From positions 1 to 38,431 of the forward strand of contig JANRJP010000141.1 of the NCBI GenBank assembly GCA_033763905.1: 38,431 bases of DNA. The letters run 5' to 3'. Position 1 is the first letter of the stretch; every line of letters starts with the position of its first letter. Below, in pieces: positions 31,294 through 38,431 of this stretch. Both the position numbers and the translations under genes were made by a program. Under the pieces are notes generated by a model, which was not told the origin of the DNA, searched no databases, and was given only the letters and a program-made list of their open reading frames with translations. The DNA is from Gemmatimonadaceae bacterium (GTDB lineage: Bacteria > Gemmatimonadota > Gemmatimonadetes > Gemmatimonadales > Gemmatimonadaceae).

Positions 31294-33432
31294 TCAGGTC
31301 GCTTCGATCGCCGGTCGTTCGACGGCGGCAAACTGCCCGGTCATCCGCGCCATCCCCCACGCATCGCGAATGAGCGCCGCGTGCGTCCCGCGGGGCTTCT
31401 CTCCCTCGGCGGGCCGACGCTGCGCGTAGCTGCCGTCGGGTCCCAGATCCCAGGCCTGCCGGTTGTCGCGCAGGTAGATCTGCAATAGCCGCTCCAGCCG
31501 CGGATGCAGCGCCGGATCTTCGACCGGCGTCACGACTTCCACTCGGCGCTCGAGATTGCGCGGCATCCAGTCCGCGGAGCCGATGTAGTACTCCGGGGCG
31601 CCACCGTTGCCGAAGTAGAACACGCGCGAGTGCTCGAGGAACCGGCCGATCACCGACTGCACGCGGATGTGATCACTCACGCCGTCGAGCCCGGGGCGCA
31701 GGCAGCAGATGCCGCGCACGATCAAGTCGATCTCGACGCCCGCCTGTGAGGCCTTGTACAGCGCGTCGATCAGCTCCTCGTGGACCAGCGCGTTCATCTT
31801 GGCAATGATGCGCCCGCCGCGGCCCGCGCGGGCGTGTGCGCTCTCGCGGTCGATCAATTCAAGGAAGCGCGCCTTCATGTTCGACGGCGCCACCAGCAAC
31901 TTGCGGTACAGCTTCTGCCGCGAGTATCCCGTGAGCAGGTTGAACAGATCGCTCAAGTCGGCGCCGATGCTCGGGCTGCAGGTGAACAACCCGATATCGG
32001 TATAGAGCCGCGCCGTCTTCGAGTTGTAGTTGCCCGTTCCGATATGGCAGTAGCGCCGGATCCCGTCGGCCTCCCGGCGCACGACCAGCGCCGTCTTGCA
32101 GTGCGTCTTGAGGCCGGGCAAGCCGTACGTCACGTGCACGCCGTGTGATTCCAGCGTCCGCGCCCAGGTGATGTTGTTCGCCTCGTCGAAGCGCGCCTGC
32201 AACTCGACCAGTACCGCGACCTGCTTGCCGTTCTGCGCCGCCTCGGTGAGGGCGCGCACGATCGCGGTATCTCCGGAGGTGCGATACAGCGTCAGCTTGA
32301 TCGCCAGCACGTTCGGATCGCTCGCGGCTTCGTCGAGGAAGGCCTCGACCGAGGTCACGAACGAATCGACCGGGTGATGCACCAGGATGTCACGCTCGCG
32401 AATGACGTCGAAGATCGATCGCTTTTCGTCGAGCAGGGCCGGCGCGGTCCCCGGCGTATGCGCCGGGTCACGCAGCTCCGGGATGTCCAGCAACGCGATC
32501 GACATCAGGTCGCCGAGCTCCAGCAGCGGGCCGCCCTGATGCACATCGCGCGGCCCGAGCGGCGCGATGTTCTCCTGCGTCGCGTCGCGCAGCTCGTCGG
32601 CCAGCAGCTGCCGCAGCGCATCGGGCATCCCTTCCGCCACTTCCAGGCGCACGACTTCACCGAAGCGCCGACGGAAGACCTGCTGCTCGATCATCTGCAG
32701 CAGGTCCTGGTTCTCTTCGATCGAGCCCAGATCGAGATCGCTGTAGCGCGTCACCCGGAACGGATGCCAGCCCACGATCTCCATCCCCGGGAAGAGCGCA
32801 CCCAGGTTCGCGCCAATGACATCTTCGAGCGGCACGAAGTGGTGCGCGCGTCCGATTGGCACCCAGCGCGGCAGCGACTTCGGCACCTTCACACGGGCGA
32901 ACTGCTCCTCGCCGCGTTCGGGATCACGCAGCCGTACCGCGAGCGACAGCGACAGATTCGAGATGTACGGGAACGGATGCCCGGGATCCACCGCGAGCGG
33001 CGTCAGCACCGGAAAGACTTGCGACTCGAAGAAGTCGTCGACGGTCATCCATTCGGCCTGCGAGAGCTCGTCCATCCGGCAGAGGCGAATTCCCTTCGCC
33101 GCGAGCGCGGGCAACAGCAGGCGATGCAGACAGTCGTGCTGACGGGCTTCCAGTTCGGCGACCCGCGAGTGGATCGCGTCGAGCGCCTCGGCGGGCGGGA
33201 CGCCGTCAGGGCCCGGATGGGTGACGCCCGCGAACACCTGCCGACGCAGGCCCGCCACGCGCACCATATAGAACTCGTCGAGATTCGTCGAATAGATCGC
33301 GAGGAACTTGAGCCGTTCCAGCAGCGGGTTCCGTTCGTCGAAGGCCTCGTGCAACACCCGAGCATTGAACTCGAGCCAGCTCAACTCGCGGTTGAAATAC
33401 AGCGAGGGCGTTGGGTGGCTCGTGGTGGTCAT
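31294..33432 (-). CDS. ppk1: Polyphosphate kinase 1
   Basis: YFNRELSWLEFNARVL, NLDEFYMVRVAGL, HPFP, KTHCK, GTGNYN, RFLEHSR, SADWMPRNL. Confidence 0.98.
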   Translation of the reverse strand: MTTTSHPTPSLYFNRELSWLEFNARVLHEAFDERNPLLERLKFLAIYSTNLDEFYMVRVAGLRRQVFAGVTHPGPDGVPPAEALDAIHSRVAELEARQHDCLHRLLLPALAAKGIRLCRMDELSQAEWMTVDDFFESQVFPVLTPLAVDPGHPFPYISNLSLSLAVRLRDPERGEEQFARVKVPKSLPRWVPIGRAHHFVPLEDVIGANLGALFPGMEIVGWHPFRVTRYSDLDLGSIEENQDLLQMIEQQVFRRRFGEVVRLEVAEGMPDALRQLLADELRDATQENIAPLGPRDVHQGGPLLELGDLMSIALLDIPELRDPAHTPGTAPALLDEKRSIFDVIRERDILVHHPVDSFVTSVEAFLDEAASDPNVLAIKLTLYRTSGDTAIVRALTEAAQNGKQVAVLVELQARFDEANNITWARTLESHGVHVTYGLPGLKTHCKTALVVRREADGIRRYCHIGTGNYNSKTARLYTDIGLFTCSPSIGADLSDLFNLLTGYSRQKLYRKLLVAPSNMKARFLELIDRESAHARAGRGGRIIAKMNALVHEELIDALYKASQAGVEIDLIVRGICCLRPGLDGVSDHIRVQSVIGRFLEHSRVFYFGNGGAPEYYIGSADWMPRNLERRVEVVTPVEDPALHPRLERLLQIYLRDNRQAWDLGPDGSYAQRRPAEGEKPRGTHAALIRDAWGMARMTGQFAAVERPAIEAT

Positions 33433-33550
33433 TCGGGCGTCAGGGTCAGCGAAGGCGTGTCGTAGAGACTAACCGGCCGCGCTATGGGCCGTCCAGCCAT
33501 AAGACGTCGTGCCTGGAAGCAAGGTCACACGCCGTCGCCGGCCCCCGGGC

Positions 33551-34591
33551 TCAGGTGCCCGGGCTGACCACCTGAAGCACCAACAACGCGCCGGCGGAGA
33601 TGATCGCCGCCGCAGGAATCGTGACCACCCACGCCCAGACGATCCGCGACGCCAGCCCCCAGCGCACCGCCGACAACCGATGCGCCGCACCAACGCCGAC
33701 GATCGCGCCCGTGATCGTGTGCGTCGTGCTCACCGGAATGCCGAACTGCGACGCCCCGAGAATCACCAGTGCCCCGCCCGTCTCGGCGGCAAACCCGCCG
33801 ACCGGCCGCAGGCGCGTGATGCGTGATCCCATCGTATGCACGATGCGCCAGCCGCCGAAGAGGGTGCCGGTCGCGATCGCGAGATACGCCGCGACTTCCA
33901 CCCAGAGCGGGATCTGGCCGGCGTTCGCCACGTAGAAGTGGCGGAAGATGCCCTCTTCCTTCGCGAAGAGCTCACGCACCGAGAACAGGAGGCCGACGAT
34001 GATGCCCATCGTCTTCTGCGCATCGTTGCCACCGTGCGCCAACGACAACAGGGCCGACGACGCCAATTGCATCGGTCGGCCGATGCGATCCACCATCGCC
34101 GGCCGCGTCTTCTGGAACACGTTGTACACCGTGATCATCAGCGCGAGACCGGCGAGCATCCCCAGGGTCGGCGACAGCACGATGAATGTCAGCGTCTCGA
34201 TCCACTTGGGGCCCCAGTTGATCGCCGCAAATCCGGCCTTGGCCACCGCTGCACCGCCGAAGCCGCCGATCAATGCGTGCGACGACGACGAGGGAATGCC
34301 GAAGTACCACGTGATGAGGTTCCAGACGATGGCGCCCGTGAGTGCCCCGCCAATGACGTTCGGCGTGACGTACTCCGGCATCACGAAGCCGGCCGAGACC
34401 GCCTTGGCCACCGCCGTGCCCACCGTGAACAGCGCGGCGAAGTTGAAAAACGCCGCCCAGCACACGGCGGCGAAGGGACTGAGCACCCGGGTGCCGACGA
34501 TCGTCGCGATCGAGTTCGCCGAGTCGTGAAACCCGTTGATGAAGTCGAAGACCAGCGCGATGAAGACCAGCGCGACTACGTACGTGAGCAC
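33551..34591 (-). CDS. Inorganic phosphate transporter (PiT family)
   Basis: NGFHDSANSIAT, PSSSSHALIGG, HGGNDAQK, PVSTTH. Confidence 0.95.
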   Translation of the reverse strand: MLTYVVALVFIALVFDFINGFHDSANSIATIVGTRVLSPFAAVCWAAFFNFAALFTVGTAVAKAVSAGFVMPEYVTPNVIGGALTGAIVWNLITWYFGIPSSSSHALIGGFGGAAVAKAGFAAINWGPKWIETLTFIVLSPTLGMLAGLALMITVYNVFQKTRPAMVDRIGRPMQLASSALLSLAHGGNDAQKTMGIIVGLLFSVRELFAKEEGIFRHFYVANAGQIPLWVEVAAYLAIATGTLFGGWRIVHTMGSRITRLRPVGGFAAETGGALVILGASQFGIPVSTTHTITGAIVGVGAAHRLSAVRWGLASRIVWAWVVTIPAAAIISAGALLVLQVVSPGT

Positions 34592-34607
34592 AGGGTCGCC
34601 GGTGCGG

Positions 34608-35219
34608 TCAGCTGTTCTTCAGCGAAACGCTCTCGAGCACGTTCGCGACGTCCTCGCATTCATCCACCGCGTACTCGAGCTGGTCGTACAAGGCCATCCA
34701 GCGGATCACTTCGATCGGGTTCGCCCCGTTGCGGAAGAGCCCACCGACCGCCTCGGCATAGATCGCGTCGGCTTCTTCCTCGAGCCGCTTCGTCTCCTGC
34801 CCGCAGTGCAGGACGTTGGGACGGCTCTTGATGTTGCGCACGCCCTCGGCGATGACTTGGGCGGCCTTGTGCAGCACATCGACGATCGCGACGGCCGGCT
34901 CTTCGATGCTCGTGACGTGAAACATCACCATCCGCCGCGCCGTGCCGTCGACGAGATCGACCACGTTGTCGATCCGATGCGCGAGCAGGTGGATGTCTTC
35001 GCGATCCAGCGGCGTCACGAACGAGCGGTCCAGTCGCTGAATCACCTCGCGGGTGATCTCGTCGCACTGCCGCTCGATCTCCTTGATTTGCGCGACGTAG
35101 CGATCGAAGTGCGCGGGCTGCCGGATCATCTCGGCGAGCAGCTTCGTGGAGGCCGTGAGCTTCTCCGCCAACTGCTCGAACAGCTCGAAAAATCCTTCGT
35201 CCTTCGGGATGAAGCGCAC
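34608..35219 (-). CDS. DUF47 / Pit accessory (PhoU-like) protein
   Basis: RFIPKDEGFFELF, IERQCD, SFVTPLDREDI, LEEEAD, D.CEDVAN. Lies directly upstream of the pit gene. Confidence 0.92.
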   Translation of the reverse strand: MRFIPKDEGFFELFEQLAEKLTASTKLLAEMIRQPAHFDRYVAQIKEIERQCDEITREVIQRLDRSFVTPLDREDIHLLAHRIDNVVDLVDGTARRMVMFHVTSIEEPAVAIVDVLHKAAQVIAEGVRNIKSRPNVLHCGQETKRLEEEADAIYAEAVGGLFRNGANPIEVIRWMALYDQLEYAVDECEDVANVLESVSLKNS

Positions 35220-35313
35220 GTGTTGACAGAAGCCGAGGGCGGGGAGCCCGTGAAGTCCTTTGACGCGTGAAAGTTGGGCGCCCCCCACGGGGACCGATAC
35301 CAGCCCCGGGGAG

Positions 35314-35331
35314 CGTGACGCGGCCGTTACT
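35314..35331. promoter_or_regulatory. Candidate Pho box upstream of DUF47-pit
   Basis: CGTGACgcggccGTTACT, very similar to the sites at 19228, 22112 and 22166. Confidence 0.55.
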
Positions 35332-35404
35332 TGCGCGCCGACCGCCGTGACCGACCCAGTCGTGGAAGCTACCCACGCCGGCGGATAGCCCCAAGCACCG
35401 CCCC

Positions 35405-36169
35405 CTACCGCTCGAACACCACCCGGGCATCGCCCACCGACCGCCGCCGCCGAATCATCGTGGGATCGCGCATCACGCCAACCAACCCCAGCCCCGCCAC
35501 AAAGCCCCCCACGTGCGCCCAAAAGGCCGTCCCGCTCGATACCCCCGGCGTCAACGCCAGCAGCTGCGGCAAGCCTCCGACCACCTGCAGCACGAACCAG
35601 TAGACCAAGACGATCCACGCCCGGAGCGAGACGAAGAAGATCGGGGGAATGAACGTGCGGACCCGGACCTGCGGATACAACACCAGATACGCGCCCATCA
35701 CGCCACTGATCGCCCCTGACGCCCCCACCGTGGGGATCGGCGACGACGGCTCCACCAGCACGTGCGCGCCCGACGCCGCGAAGCCGCACAGCAGATAGAA
35801 CGCCAGGAAGCGCCCGCGCCCCATCGAGTCTTCGACGTTATTCCCGAACACCCACAAAAACAGCGCGTTGCCCAGCAAGTGCCCCCACGACCCGTGCAGG
35901 AACAGTGTCGTCAGCGGCGTCAACCAGTTCACCGGTTCGCGGTCCACGACGCAGGCCATCGTCTCGGACATCGGCACCGCGAACCCCACCGGCGCCATTC
36001 GCGAGATCTCCCCGGGCACCAACCCGAGGTTGCACACGCTCGCCGCCAAGGTCGCCGGATCGAAGCCCGCCCCCTGCACCGTCACCCACACGACGCCAAG
36101 GCACGCCAACAGCCCCAGCGTCACCACCGGGGTGCGCAGCGTCGGGTTTTCGTCGTGGAGAGGAATCAC
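35405..36169 (-). CDS. Rhomboid family intramembrane serine protease
   Basis: IPL.D.NP, FLHGSWGHLLGN..FLWVFG.NVED, GASGAI, AHVGGF. Confidence 0.93.
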   Translation of the reverse strand: MIPLHDENPTLRTPVVTLGLLACLGVVWVTVQGAGFDPATLAASVCNLGLVPGEISRMAPVGFAVPMSETMACVVDREPVNWLTPLTTLFLHGSWGHLLGNALFLWVFGNNVEDSMGRGRFLAFYLLCGFAASGAHVLVEPSSPIPTVGASGAISGVMGAYLVLYPQVRVRTFIPPIFFVSLRAWIVLVYWFVLQVVGGLPQLLALTPGVSSGTAFWAHVGGFVAGLGLVGVMRDPTMIRRRRSVGDARVVFER

Positions 36170-36258
36170 AACGCGGGCCTCGTGAATACCGCACAGGACG
36201 ACCGATCATCGGCCGCCACTCGCATCCTAGTATCCCGACGCAAATGGCGACGGGAAAG

Positions 36259-36366
36259 TGCCAGATCGGCACCCTCTGCCGCGCCCTGTCAATTTGACAG
36301 ATGCGAAGTCGTTACCGGACTTCGACTTAGGCCGTTGCGGCAGGCAATTCTTGGCCTACCCCTTGC
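36259..36366 (+). promoter_or_regulatory. Candidate sigma54 promoter with upstream palindromic sites for dnaK
   Basis: TGGCCT-ACCCC-TTGC (GG-N10-GC) at 36352-36366; palindromes TGCCAGATCGGCA (36259) and CTGTCAATTTGACAG (36286). Confidence 0.5.
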
Positions 36367-36428
36367 CTCTCTCCCCGGTGCCGGCGCCACACGGGCGCCC
36401 TCGGCACTCTGAACTCTCGAGGTTTCCA

Positions 36429-38339
<1,911 letters not shown>

Positions 38340-38346
38340 GGCGCCC

Positions 38347-38422
38347 CCCGGTCCGGCGATAACAAGCCGGACCGGGAGTCCGGAAGACGCGATCGGGCGC
38401 CGGGGCAACCCTCGGCGCCCGA
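38347..38422 (+). terminator. Two tandem GC hairpins after dnaK
   Basis: CCCGGTCCGGC-N8-GCCGGACCGGG (38347-38376) and TCGGGCGCCG...CGGCGCCCGA (38393-38422). Confidence 0.55.
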
Positions 38423-38431
38423 AACGTGTCG

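Noticed and set aside
33433..33550. Possible structured RNA or Pho box upstream of ppk1
   Set aside because: Only short stems (GGCGTGT/ACACGCC, TATGG/CCATA) and half-sites at 10-bp spacing; insufficient support.
34608..35789. 393-aa N-terminally extended DUF47 ORF
   Set aside because: The extension overlaps rhomboid in another frame and is low-complexity; the family start fits GTG at 35219.
36401..36427. CIRCE-like TCGGCACTC-N9-GAGGTTTCC before dnaK
   Set aside because: The right arm matches only GAG, which is explained by the SD; it is not a proper inverted repeat.

Overview
High-GC chromosomal window with no mobile elements, CRISPR or RNA genes that I could support. Gene style and content suggest Gemmatimonadota (inference only). 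The left half is housekeeping: partial VKOR gene, rnhB, rplS, trmD-rimM-rpsP-ffh (trmD and rplS are separated by a secreted TPR protein and a lipoprotein subtilase), lon, an HExxH lipoprotein, prepilin peptidase, TrmH methylase, M48 peptidase, thiD and a nucleoside-salvage operon (small beta-grasp ORF-add-PNP). The right half is a ~19 kb phosphate supercluster: udk-phoB-phoR, a TonB-dependent receptor, an ElpS/PusB-like lipoprotein, an uncharacterised lipoprotein, pstSCAB1B2-phoU-ppx, and the convergent DUF47-pit-ppk1. Rhomboid and dnaK close the window. The main hidden signals are a recurring 11-bp-period direct repeat GTGAC-N6-GT(T/G)AC (candidate lineage-specific Pho box), a possible nucleoside/organophosphate-scavenging system tied to PhoBR, a Bacteroidetes-type SDDDD export signal on the lipoprotein, and a sigma54-type promoter with palindromic enhancer-like sites before dnaK.
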